Part shown: in pieces, positions 19,216 through 28,214 of the stretch
Layout: every line of letters starts with the position of its first letter
Position numbering within the stretch: the stretch's first letter is position 1
Source: Armatimonadota bacterium
GTDB taxonomy: Bacteria > Sysuimicrobiota > Sysuimicrobiia > Sysuimicrobiales > Humicultoraceae
Assembly (NCBI GenBank): GCA_037443365.1
Contig: JBBIOM010000002.1
Coordinates: 61,331 to 125,330, forward strand
Length of the DNA stretch: 64,000 bases
Reading direction: 5' to 3'
Position numbers and translations under genes: made by a program
The notes under the pieces: model-generated
The model's input: the letters and a program-made list of their open reading frames with translations, nothing else
What the model was told of the DNA's origin: nothing
Database searches by the model: none

Positions 19216-20085
19216 CTATACGGCCAGCGCTTGGATCACCGGCCGGACCTCCACCAGGTGCCTTCCGAACCCCAAGCGTCGCGGACTCGCTCCCAGCGCG
19301 AGCGCGGTCAGTTGAGTGAAGAACACCACCGGGAGGGGACGCTCGAACCCCGCCCTGGCGGACGTGGCGCCCTGCAGCAGATCCAGGTTGAGCTGGCACA
19401 GCGGACAGGCAGTGGCCAAGCAGTCGGCGCCCGCTCGGTGGGCCTGCTCCAAGATGCGGCCAACCAGATCCGCGGCAAGATCGGGCGCCGTGGCGGCCAG
19501 GCTGGCGCCACAGCACCAGGTCCTCCCCTGCCACTCGACCACGTCGGCCCCACACGATCCGAGCACGCGCTCCATGATCCTCGGGTTCTCCGCATCGTCT
19601 ATCCCACCACACCTGGGCACGCGCACGAGCAGGCAGCCGTAATAGCACGCCACCTTCACTCCTGCCAGAGACCGCCGGACCCGCGCGGAGAGGTCGATCT
19701 CGTCCAGGACCGAGAGCAGGTGCCGCACCCGGACCCCACCGCCGTAGGCGAGGCCCGCCTGCGCGGCTGCCTGCGCCGCCTCCGCCGAGGCGCCAAGCTC
19801 GTGCTCTGCCTGAACCAGCCTGTGGTGACAGGCGGCGCACGCGGTCAGCACGTCGGTCCCGCGGGCCTGGGCAATCGCTAGGTTGCGGGCGGGCAGCAGG
19901 ACCGCCAGGTCCGCGTCCACGAAGTGGGCCGAGCTGGCGCCGCAGCAGTTCCAATCCGGCAGTTCCTTCACCTGCATCCCCAGGGCGCGCAGCGTCTCAC
20001 GCACGGAATCCAGATAGGGGGAGCCGGTGCTCTGCAATGAACAGCCCGGGTACAAGGCGAGCGGCCTGGCCGGCGCATTCTGCAT
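19216..20085 (-). CDS. hdrB: Heterodisulfide reductase subunit B (two CCG domains)
   Basis: Motifs YPGCSL, WNCCGAS, CAAC, YYGCLL, CCGAS and ACPLCQLNL. Start re-placed at ATG 20085. Confidence 0.9.
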   Translation of the reverse strand: MQNAPARPLALYPGCSLQSTGSPYLDSVRETLRALGMQVKELPDWNCCGASSAHFVDADLAVLLPARNLAIAQARGTDVLTACAACHHRLVQAEHELGASAEAAQAAAQAGLAYGGGVRVRHLLSVLDEIDLSARVRRSLAGVKVACYYGCLLVRVPRCGGIDDAENPRIMERVLGSCGADVVEWQGRTWCCGASLAATAPDLAADLVGRILEQAHRAGADCLATACPLCQLNLDLLQGATSARAGFERPLPVVFFTQLTALALGASPRRLGFGRHLVEVRPVIQALAV

Positions 20086-20657
20086 CAGCGCCCACCCCCC
20101 TTGCCGGTCGTCCGGAACAGGCGGCGGACCTCTTTGCGCCCCCGCACGAGGTGGGGCAGCAGCGCAAGCCGGCGGTGCCGCACCAGCGCCAGGCCCGTGG
20201 CCAGGTCCTGCCGGAGGCGTCCCTGCTGCAGGCTGTGCCCGGCCGAGAGCAGACCCTCGTGGGCCCGACCGAACATCCACACGGTGCGCAGGAACCACCG
20301 GTGGAATCCGAGGATGCCCGCCCTGGGGGGAGGCCCTCCCCTGGCCAGGGAGGCCTGCCGCACCGCGTCCATCACCCGGGCGACGTCAATCCCGTTCGGG
20401 CACCGGATGGCGCAGGTCTCGCACGCCACGCACAGGTAGGGCGCCGCGGCTTCGAGGACACGCTCCCGGAGGCCCAACTGCACCGCCTTCATCAGGCGGC
20501 TCGGAAGGATGTCCATCGCATGAGCCAGCGGACAGCTCCCGGTGCAGACCCCGCACCCGTAGCAGAGCCGCACGCGCTCCCCGCTGGCCGCCTCTATGGC
20601 CAGCGGCCAGGAGGAATCCCGCGGGGACGGCTGCGTGGGCGCCTCATGCTGGGGCAT
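20085..20657 (-). CDS. hdrC: Heterodisulfide reductase subunit C
   Basis: Motifs CYGCGVCTGSCP and CVACETCAIRCPNGID, then FGRAHE. Confidence 0.9.
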   Translation of the reverse strand: MPQHEAPTQPSPRDSSWPLAIEAASGERVRLCYGCGVCTGSCPLAHAMDILPSRLMKAVQLGLRERVLEAAAPYLCVACETCAIRCPNGIDVARVMDAVRQASLARGGPPPRAGILGFHRWFLRTVWMFGRAHEGLLSAGHSLQQGRLRQDLATGLALVRHRRLALLPHLVRGRKEVRRLFRTTGKGGGR

Positions 20658-22464
20658 GCGATGCCACCTTCAGGGAGTCGTGCGGCGCATTGAGAAGCGC
20701 GCTCATCCTGTGCCAATCGACCGGGGCCAGCGAGGCAACCTGGATTGACTCGGGATCGAGGCCGAGCGTCCCTGCCAGCGCGCGGGCACGGTCCACCATC
20801 CTGCGGGCCGAGGCCGGCCCCACCAGGTGCTCACAGCTCCGATCGTAGCAGCCGCAGAGAAGGACACGCCGCGCCCCGGCAGCCAGCGGCCGCACGCAGT
20901 GAATCGGCTCCAGCCGCCCCAGGCAGGGCACCGGGACAACCAGCACGGACGCGGGGTAGGACAGGCGCAGCCGTCCCATGGCCCCAAGGGTGGGAACCGC
21001 GGAGTTGACGCAGGCAAGCACGACCGTCACGGCCCCGCCCAGAAAGGGGCCCTGCATCAGCGCGTCGATCTCGGCCAGGAGCCGGCGGTTGGGGCTCTCC
21101 GCGACCTGGATCGCTCCGGCAGGACAGGCCGCTGCGCACACCCCGCACCCCTGGCATGCTGCCGGCAGCACCCGCATGCTTCCGCCCAGAGCCGTGGTCA
21201 CGGCCTGGTGAGGGCACAGACGCAGGCATGTCAGGCAGAAGGCACACTTCTCGGTGTCGATGCACGCACGCCCCGCGATCGCCAGCGTGCCCGGAGCAGC
21301 CACGGCGAGCGCGGCCATGGCCGCTGCCTCTCCCTGGCGTGCCGCCTGGACGGCGGTGTACGGGCCGCGCGCGCCGCCGATCAGGAACACGCCGTTTCGC
21401 TCGGTCGCTATGGGCTCCAGGAAGATGCGCTCCCTGGGTGCCCAACCGCCCTGCCGGGGCGCCACGCCGAGTGCGTCCGCCAGTCTGCGCGCGCCCTGGC
21501 GAGTGGCCGCGGCGCCGCCAAGTATCGCATCCACGGTCTCGGTGACAGGGCCCAGCCCAGGCACGTCGGCGGTGACCACCCATTCGCCGTCAACCTCGCA
21601 GACCTGGGGTGGTGCGGCCTCCACGCGGATGAACGTGACTCCCTGCCCCCGCGCCTCGGTGTAGAGTTCCTCCAATCCGGGTCCGGCAACTCCCATGTCG
21701 CGAAAGAGCACGAGCACGCGGCACCCGCAGTCCCGCACCAGGTGCAGGGCGGCCTGCAGCGTTGACTCGGTCTGTGAGGGCCAGGGATCGCCGTCCAGCA
21801 GAAAGGCCACCCTCCTGCCGAACGGGAACTCGGGCAGACCGGGAGATGCGTCGCCGGCCGCGATCACGGCGCCCACCGTGTGGCGCTCGCTTCCCTCACC
21901 GGTCCGGAGCGTGGCCTCGAACTCGCCCGCCTGCCCAACAAGGCGCTCGAGCGTTCCCGCGGCCGGCACCACCTCGCAGCCCAGCTCCTCGAGGCGCGCC
22001 GCCGCTGCCCCGGAGCCCGGCCCGGTTCCAACCAGCAGCACCCGCCCCGTGGACGTGATCTCGGAGCAGGCCGCAGGAGGTTGGCCGGCGGCGACGCCGG
22101 CCGCGCCCGCGGCCACCATCCTCTGCGCCTTGGCCGTGGCCTGGTCAGGTCGCGGGTGAACCCATGCACACCCTTCCCTCACATCTACAAGACAGGCACG
22201 GTGTCCTGCTACCCCTGCACCTTCGAGCACTTCCGCGAGCGCCTGCGTCGCGGACGGGATCCCGCATGCCGCCACCACCAGGCCGTCGGATGCGGTCTCG
22301 CGAAGCCAGGCAGCGACGCGCATCCGGCCCGGGCCTGAGCAGAAGTCGTGCGTGATCAGGGCCGAGGCGAATCCTGGGGCCGAGGCGATGCGCTCAGGCG
22401 CAATGCGGCAGCACAGCGTACCGCCGCATGTGCATACGACCAGGGCCGTCCGCGCGGCGCTCAT
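20644..22464 (-). CDS. Degenerate HdrA-like polypeptide fused to a C-terminal MvhD domain
   Basis: N-terminal CTCG..FCS..VAACG..VREGCAWVH (HdrA N-domain). Ferredoxin motifs CAFCLTC and CQGCGVC. MvhD-like ACVNSA..PCLGR..GCYDRSC. Start re-placed at ATG 22464. Confidence 0.82.
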   Translation of the reverse strand: MSAARTALVVCTCGGTLCCRIAPERIASAPGFASALITHDFCSGPGRMRVAAWLRETASDGLVVAACGIPSATQALAEVLEGAGVAGHRACLVDVREGCAWVHPRPDQATAKAQRMVAAGAAGVAAGQPPAACSEITSTGRVLLVGTGPGSGAAAARLEELGCEVVPAAGTLERLVGQAGEFEATLRTGEGSERHTVGAVIAAGDASPGLPEFPFGRRVAFLLDGDPWPSQTESTLQAALHLVRDCGCRVLVLFRDMGVAGPGLEELYTEARGQGVTFIRVEAAPPQVCEVDGEWVVTADVPGLGPVTETVDAILGGAAATRQGARRLADALGVAPRQGGWAPRERIFLEPIATERNGVFLIGGARGPYTAVQAARQGEAAAMAALAVAAPGTLAIAGRACIDTEKCAFCLTCLRLCPHQAVTTALGGSMRVLPAACQGCGVCAAACPAGAIQVAESPNRRLLAEIDALMQGPFLGGAVTVVLACVNSAVPTLGAMGRLRLSYPASVLVVPVPCLGRLEPIHCVRPLAAGARRVLLCGCYDRSCEHLVGPASARRMVDRARALAGTLGLDPESIQVASLAPVDWHRMSALLNAPHDSLKVASHAPA

Positions 22465-23663
22465 CCCAGACCCTCCAGAACCCGAAGCGCGGCCCCCGCG
22501 GCACGGAGCCCATCCCCGATGGCCTCTGGGATGCTGGCCGGGCCCCCACACGCGCCGGCCGCCACGATGCCTGGAGCAGAACCCGACGCCGGTCTCTCAA
22601 CCAGCGGCGGCGCGCCCGCGGCTGCCGCCGCAGCATCCATGCCCACCGCCAGAACCACCAGATCGAACACCCCCTGGCGCCTTGCGGCGGTGGCGACATC
22701 CTCGTATACAAGCATCAGCCCCTCGGGCTCGCCGAGCACCTCCGCAGGGATACCGCGCACAAGGCGGATCTCTGGAGGCAGGTCATCGAACAGCCGGGCG
22801 ACCCCTGGGGCTGCTCGCTGCAGATCCATGTAGAAGAGCGTGACCTCAAGGCCCGGCATCTCACGCGCCATGCGGCTGGCCAGGCGCAGCACGGTGGGAC
22901 AGCATACCTGAGAACACCATCCCCTGCCGGCGGCCAGGTCCCTGGAGCCGACGCAGTGGATCATGGCCACGCGCCGGCGCGCCGGCATCAGGCGCGTCAG
23001 GTACGCGAGGCCGTGCTGCCACAGGCCCTTTTCCAGGTCCATGGTTGTGATCACGCCCGGGTGCCGGCCGTAGCCGAACTGCCCCTTGCGGGCCGCCGGG
23101 AACGGCTCGAACCCCGTGGCCAGCACCACCACGTCCGCGGTCACCAGTTCTTCGCGCTGAGAATCATCCAGCGACATGGCGTCGAAGGGGCATGCTTCAC
23201 TGCAGACCGCGCATTCCTCGCCCCGGGCGCGCAGACACGCCGTGGGGTCGACAACATAAGCCACAGGCAGGGCCTGGGGGTGCGGTTGGGCTATCGCGGA
23301 GGCCGGACAAAGTTCAGCGCATCTTCCGCACCCGGTGCAGCGCGACACGTCCACGCCCCGGGGCCTGTGGGCCAGGCGAACGGCGAATTCGCCCGGCCCC
23401 CCTTCAATCCCCAGCACGCGCGTGTCCACGCTCAGCGTTATCCCGGCATCCGCGTGCACCGCCCTGGAGGCGCGAAAGGCCAGGCATACCCCGCAGAGAG
23501 TGCAGTCGGAGTCGGCCTTGCAGGCGTAGCCTGCTGCCCATCCGCCGACCGAGGGCCCCTGCTCGGCCAGCAGGACGCGAACCCCCCGGGCAGCCAGAGC
23601 CTGCGCTGCCGTAAGGCCGGCGGGCCCGGCCCCCACCACGACCGCGCTGCGTGTGTCGCTCAG
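22461..23663 (-). CDS. Short HdrA-like FAD/Fe-S subunit
   Basis: Motifs VVVGAGPAG, CTGCGRC, CAVCSEACP, ATGFEPF, YGRHPGVIT, IHCVGSRD..WCSQVCC, FYMD and DLVVLAVG. Start uncertain: GTG 23639 truncates the Rossmann strand, whereas CTG 23663 overlaps the fhs stop. Confidence 0.85.
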   Translation of the reverse strand: MSDTRSAVVVGAGPAGLTAAQALAARGVRVLLAEQGPSVGGWAAGYACKADSDCTLCGVCLAFRASRAVHADAGITLSVDTRVLGIEGGPGEFAVRLAHRPRGVDVSRCTGCGRCAELCPASAIAQPHPQALPVAYVVDPTACLRARGEECAVCSEACPFDAMSLDDSQREELVTADVVVLATGFEPFPAARKGQFGYGRHPGVITTMDLEKGLWQHGLAYLTRLMPARRRVAMIHCVGSRDLAAGRGWCSQVCCPTVLRLASRMAREMPGLEVTLFYMDLQRAAPGVARLFDDLPPEIRLVRGIPAEVLGEPEGLMLVYEDVATAARRQGVFDLVVLAVGMDAAAAAAGAPPLVERPASGSAPGIVAAGACGGPASIPEAIGDGLRAAGAALRVLEGLG

Positions 23664-25369
23664 AACAGTCCCACCACCTTGCCTGTCTTCAAGTCGATGT
23701 CCACCCGGACGGCGGCCGGCGTCTTGGGCAGGCCGGGCATGGTGCGCATCTGCCCGCAGAGCGGGTAGAGGAACCCTGCTCCCACCGAAGCCCGGATGTC
23801 CCGCACCGTCACGCGGAAGTTCCTCGGCCGGTTCTTGAGCGCCGGGTTGTCCGACAGCGACAGGTGCGACTTGGCCATGCAGATCGGGAGCTTGTCATAG
23901 CCCAGCTTGGTGTAGAGCTTGAGCTTGGCCTCCGCGGCCGGCTCGAAGTCCACACCGTCGGCGCCGTAGACCCGGGTGGCGATGGTCTCGATCTTCTCGC
24001 GGATCGGCATCTCCAGCGGGTACAGGAACTCCATGGCGCCTGGGCCTTCGGCGGCCCGGACCACGGCCTTGGCAAGCTCGAGCGCGCCTTCCCCGCCGCG
24101 GGCGTGGTGATCGCTCGTGACGGCATCCAGGGCGCCTGCGGCCAGCGAGGCCTCACGCACCGCCTCGATCTCGCGCGCGGTATCGGTGGGGAAGAGGTTG
24201 ATGGCCACCACGACGGGCAGGCCGTGCATCCGCATGTTCTCGATGTGCTTCTGGAGGTTCTCGCAGCCGCGCGTGACCGCCTCGACGTTCTCACTCACGA
24301 GCTCAGGCGGAAGCGGCCGGCCCGGGACCACGCGACCCACGCCTCCGTGCATCTTGAGGGCCCGGATGGTTGCCACCACAACCGCCGCGTTCAGCTTGAG
24401 CCCGGAGTAGCGGCACTTGACATTGAGCATCTTCTCGGCGCCAATATCGGCCCCGAATCCGCTCTCCGTGACCACGTAGTCGGCCACCTTGACCGCGATC
24501 TTGTCGGCGACGATGGAGTTGTTGCCGTGGGCGATGTTGGCAAACGGCCCGGCGTGCACGATGACCGGGGTGTTCTCAACGGTCTGGATCAGCGTGGGCA
24601 TCAGGGCGTCCTTCAGCAGCACCGCCATGGCACCCGCCGCCTTGAGGTCCTCGGCGGTCACAGGGTCGCCGTCCTCGTTGGTGCCGATCACGATCCGCCC
24701 CAGGCGCGCCCGCAGGTCGTTCAGGTCGCTGGCCAGTGCCAGGATCGCCATCACCTCGGAGGCCACGGTTATGTCGAAGCCGGTCGCCCGCGGCCGGCCG
24801 TCGTCCTTGGTGCCCAGGCCGATGACGATGTTGCGCAGGGCCCTGTCGCTGATGTCCATCACGCGCGGCCACGTGATCGAGTAGGGGTCGATGCGCAACT
24901 CGTTGCCCTGCGAGATGTGGTTGTCAATCATCGCCGCGAGCAGGTTGTGGGCGACACCGACCGCGTGAATATCCCCTGTGAAGTGGAGGTTGAAGTCCTC
25001 CATGGGGACAGCCTGCGAGTAGCCGCCACCGGCGGCGCCGCCCTTGATGCCGAAGGTTGGCCCCATCGAGGGCTGGCGGAGGGTGTTGATGGTCTTGTGA
25101 CCGAGCTTGTTGAGCGCCATCCCAAGGCCGATCGCGGTCGTGGTCTTGCCCTCCCCCAGCGGCGTCGGCGTGATAGCGGTGACCATGACGTACTTGCCGC
25201 TCGGACGGGCGTCCAGGCGATCCATCACGTCGAGATGTACCTTGGCCTTGTACTTCCCGTACATGTCCAGGTCGTCCTCGGTAAGGCCCAGACGCTTCGC
25301 GATCTCAAGAACCGGAAGAAGCCTGGCCTCCTGGGCAATCTCAAGGTCGCTTCCGATCTTTCTGCTCAT
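23660..25369 (-). CDS. fhs: Formate--tetrahydrofolate ligase
   Basis: Motifs SDLEIAQ, TAITPTPLGEGKTT, GIKGGAAGGGYSQ, HAGPFANIAHGN and MRTMPGLP. Start re-placed at ATG 25369. Confidence 0.97.
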   Translation of the reverse strand: MSRKIGSDLEIAQEARLLPVLEIAKRLGLTEDDLDMYGKYKAKVHLDVMDRLDARPSGKYVMVTAITPTPLGEGKTTTAIGLGMALNKLGHKTINTLRQPSMGPTFGIKGGAAGGGYSQAVPMEDFNLHFTGDIHAVGVAHNLLAAMIDNHISQGNELRIDPYSITWPRVMDISDRALRNIVIGLGTKDDGRPRATGFDITVASEVMAILALASDLNDLRARLGRIVIGTNEDGDPVTAEDLKAAGAMAVLLKDALMPTLIQTVENTPVIVHAGPFANIAHGNNSIVADKIAVKVADYVVTESGFGADIGAEKMLNVKCRYSGLKLNAAVVVATIRALKMHGGVGRVVPGRPLPPELVSENVEAVTRGCENLQKHIENMRMHGLPVVVAINLFPTDTAREIEAVREASLAAGALDAVTSDHHARGGEGALELAKAVVRAAEGPGAMEFLYPLEMPIREKIETIATRVYGADGVDFEPAAEAKLKLYTKLGYDKLPICMAKSHLSLSDNPALKNRPRNFRVTVRDIRASVGAGFLYPLCGQMRTMPGLPKTPAAVRVDIDLKTGKVVGLF

Positions 25370-26055
25370 GCGGTCGCCTCCTCGACGGGTGCTTTGACGT
25401 CCTCTCGAACAACCTGCCGCGGCCGTCCGGTCGCGGCGACTGACCAGTCCTTCGGATCCATGATGACGCGCAGGGACTCCATCTCTCCCAGTGCCTGGAG
25501 CCGGTTGTAGATCAGCAGCCAGGCGCAGTCCACCGAAGCATCCACCTCGCACTTGCCGTCGCGATAACCCCCGCACGGCCCGTTCAGCAATCCCTTGGAG
25601 CAGCGCGCTATCGGGCAGATTCCGCCCGTCCGATCAAGAACGCACTCGCCGCACCCGCGGCAGCGCTCGGCCCACACCCCAGGCTGAAGGGTGATACCCA
25701 TGAACCTGGTGTCGAGCAGCGGGAACACACGGCGGTGGGGGAAGGTCTCGGCCATCAACTGAACCCCACACCCGCACCCCATCGAGAACACCGCCTCGGC
25801 CGCCTCCACCTGGGGAGCCAGCGGCAGGATGAACTCTTGATCGCACTGGCGGTGCACCGTGGCCTCGATCGTCTCGACCGGAGCGCCCTGGGCGCGGCGG
25901 GCCAGCCGCGCCAGCGAGCTGAGCACGGAGACCTCGCGCTCGCCCCCGGCGAGGCAGACCGACACGCAGCTGGCGCAGCCGACGACCAGCACCCGCCCGT
26001 ACGGTGCCATCATCTTGAGGACGGCCTCCAGCGGCTTCTGCTCGGCAACAATCAT
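25366..26055 (-). CDS. metV: MetV (second copy)
   Basis: Motifs MIVAEQKPL, GCASCVSVC, RQCD and CRGCGEC..GGICPIARCSKGLLNGPCGG. Confidence 0.9.
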   Translation of the reverse strand: MIVAEQKPLEAVLKMMAPYGRVLVVGCASCVSVCLAGGEREVSVLSSLARLARRAQGAPVETIEATVHRQCDQEFILPLAPQVEAAEAVFSMGCGCGVQLMAETFPHRRVFPLLDTRFMGITLQPGVWAERCRGCGECVLDRTGGICPIARCSKGLLNGPCGGYRDGKCEVDASVDCAWLLIYNRLQALGEMESLRVIMDPKDWSVAATGRPRQVVREDVKAPVEEATA

Positions 26056-26064
26056 GGCGCCCTC

Positions 26065-27399
26065 CTATCCCGCCCGGAGCGCGGGGGTGGCGGCCAGGTG
26101 GGCGAGCACCGGGCCGGCCACGTGGAACGAGCCGGTCACACAGACAACATCCTCGGGGGAAGCGGCTTCGAGCGCGCACTCGAGCGCGCCTACCGGGTCC
26201 TCCACGATGCGAACGTCGGAAACGCCTGCGCAGAACGCGAGCGCCACGTCGGCCGGCGGCAGCGCCCGGTCGTCGTCGGCCCTTGTCGCGACCACGACCG
26301 AGGCCCTGGGCGCGATGATGCGGGCGATGCCCGACAGGTCCTTGTTGCCGAGCACCCCGATCACCAGCACGACACGGCGCCCCGAGAAGACCTCGTCCAG
26401 CACGCCGCGCAGCGCCCTGAAGGAGACGGCGTTGTGCGCCACGTCCACTATCAGCGTGGGGCGCCACGGCCGGACCACCTCGATCCGCGCGGGCCAGCGC
26501 AGGCCGGCGAGACCTGCCCGCACCGCCTCCTCGCCGACCGCAAACCCGGCGCCGGCAAGCCCCTCGGCCGCGCCGATGGCCGTCGCCGCGTTGAGGGCCT
26601 GATGCCGCCCGAGAAGCGGTATGGCAAGGTCCCGGTAGGAGCGCAGCCCTCCGCTGACGGTGACCCTGATCCCCGCCATCGAGGAGCTAAGCGTCCGGTA
26701 GCGGATCTCGCGGCCCACCCTGACAAGCGTGGCACCCCTGCCGGCGGCGGCCTGCTCGATCACCTCTCTGGCCGCCTCCGCCTGCGGAACGGTCACGGCC
26801 AGGCCGCCGGGGCGGATGATCCCGGTGTCCTCCTCCGCGATGCGCCGGAGGCTGTTGCCCAGCAGGTCGGTGTGGTCGTACCCCACCGTGGTGATGACCG
26901 AGACGAGCGGGTTCACCACGTTGGTGGCGTCCAGCCGCCCCCCGATGCCAACCTCCACGACGGCCAGGTCCACGGCCTGCCGCGCGAAGTGCATGAACGC
27001 GACCGCGGCCGAGGCGTCAAAGTAGGTCGGAGGCCAGCCCGGGCCGCCCTGCCCGCGATCGATCGCATCGCGCACCTCGGCCACGAGGAGGGACAGGTCA
27101 CCCTTCGATATCAGCTCGCCGTTCGTGCGCACACGCTCCCTGAAGTCCACCAGGTGAGGCTTGGTGTAGAGGCCTACCCGGTGGCCGGCCGCCTGCGCCA
27201 TCGCGGCGATCATCGCGGCCGTGGAGCCCTTGCCCTTCGTTCCCGCAACGAGCACCGCGGGGAATCGCTGCTCGGGGTCCCCGAGCAGTTCGCAGAGGCG
27301 CCGCATGCGCTCCAGCTTGACGGGCGTGTACGGAGCCGGCTGAGAGAACCGGCCGGCTATCAGCCCGTTGAGATAGGCGATCGACTCCTCGTAGTTCAT
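26065..27399 (-). CDS. folC: Folylpolyglutamate synthase/dihydrofolate synthase
   Basis: Motifs VAGTKGKGS, YTKPHL..ERV, VEVGIGGRLDATNV, WPARIE, DVAHN and VTGSFH. Confidence 0.92.
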   Translation of the reverse strand: MNYEESIAYLNGLIAGRFSQPAPYTPVKLERMRRLCELLGDPEQRFPAVLVAGTKGKGSTAAMIAAMAQAAGHRVGLYTKPHLVDFRERVRTNGELISKGDLSLLVAEVRDAIDRGQGGPGWPPTYFDASAAVAFMHFARQAVDLAVVEVGIGGRLDATNVVNPLVSVITTVGYDHTDLLGNSLRRIAEEDTGIIRPGGLAVTVPQAEAAREVIEQAAAGRGATLVRVGREIRYRTLSSSMAGIRVTVSGGLRSYRDLAIPLLGRHQALNAATAIGAAEGLAGAGFAVGEEAVRAGLAGLRWPARIEVVRPWRPTLIVDVAHNAVSFRALRGVLDEVFSGRRVVLVIGVLGNKDLSGIARIIAPRASVVVATRADDDRALPPADVALAFCAGVSDVRIVEDPVGALECALEAASPEDVVCVTGSFHVAGPVLAHLAATPALRAG

Positions 27400-27414
27400 C
27401 CCGGCTCCCGGCCG

Positions 27415-28200
27415 CTAGCCAGTCCGCACCTGTAGGTAGTTGTCGCAGTAGATCTCCCGGTTGAGGAGCACGTTGGCGGTCCGCAGCGCATCCATCAGCT
27501 CCTGATCGAGCGGGTCCAGGATGGCTGCGTCCAGACCCATGGCCATGGCCATCGTCAGGAAAGTGCGATTGACCAGGCCGCGGTTGGGCGCGCCCTGGGA
27601 GACGTTGCTCAACCCGACGATGATGTGCGGGGTGGGCTCGCACAGTGACAGGAACGACGGGATCGCCCGCAGGGCTTCAGGGCCCTGCGCCTGTGCGGCG
27701 TTCACCGGCAGCACGATCGGGTCCAGGTACAGCCGATCGGTCGGCAGGCCCGCCTCCATGGCCCGCGCAACGATGTTGAGCGCGATCTCGGCGCGCGCCT
27801 GCGCGTTGCGCGGGATGCCGCGCTCGTCAATCGTGAGGCCTATCAACCCGGCGTTGTGCTCCACCGCCAGCGGCAGCAGCGCGTCGAGCTTCTCCGCCGC
27901 GCCTGTCGTGGAGTTGATGATGGCGGGACGCCGGCACGCGCGCAGCCCCGCGGCGATCACCGCCGGCTTGGGGCTGTCGAGCGAGAGCGTGGCATCCACG
28001 GCGTCCTGGACGGTCTCCACCAGCCAGGTCATCACCTCTGCCGGGTCCTCGCCCGTGGGCCCGGTGTTCAGGTCCAGGGCGTTGGCCCCGGCGCTCACCT
28101 GCCTCCTGGCCAGGTCGGCGATCGCGGCCGTGTCGCGCTCGCGTATCGCGCGGGCCACCGATCGAAACATCCCGTTGATCCGCTCACCCACGATGTACAT
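27415..28200 (-). CDS. acsE: Methyl-THF:corrinoid/Fe-S protein methyltransferase
   Basis: Motifs MYIVGERINGMF, ALDLNTG, IINST, DPIVLP, GLSNVSQG and GLDAAILDP. Confidence 0.95.
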   Translation of the reverse strand: MYIVGERINGMFRSVARAIRERDTAAIADLARRQVSAGANALDLNTGPTGEDPAEVMTWLVETVQDAVDATLSLDSPKPAVIAAGLRACRRPAIINSTTGAAEKLDALLPLAVEHNAGLIGLTIDERGIPRNAQARAEIALNIVARAMEAGLPTDRLYLDPIVLPVNAAQAQGPEALRAIPSFLSLCEPTPHIIVGLSNVSQGAPNRGLVNRTFLTMAMAMGLDAAILDPLDQELMDALRTANVLLNREIYCDNYLQVRTG

Positions 28201-28214
28201 CTGGCTCCTCCTTG

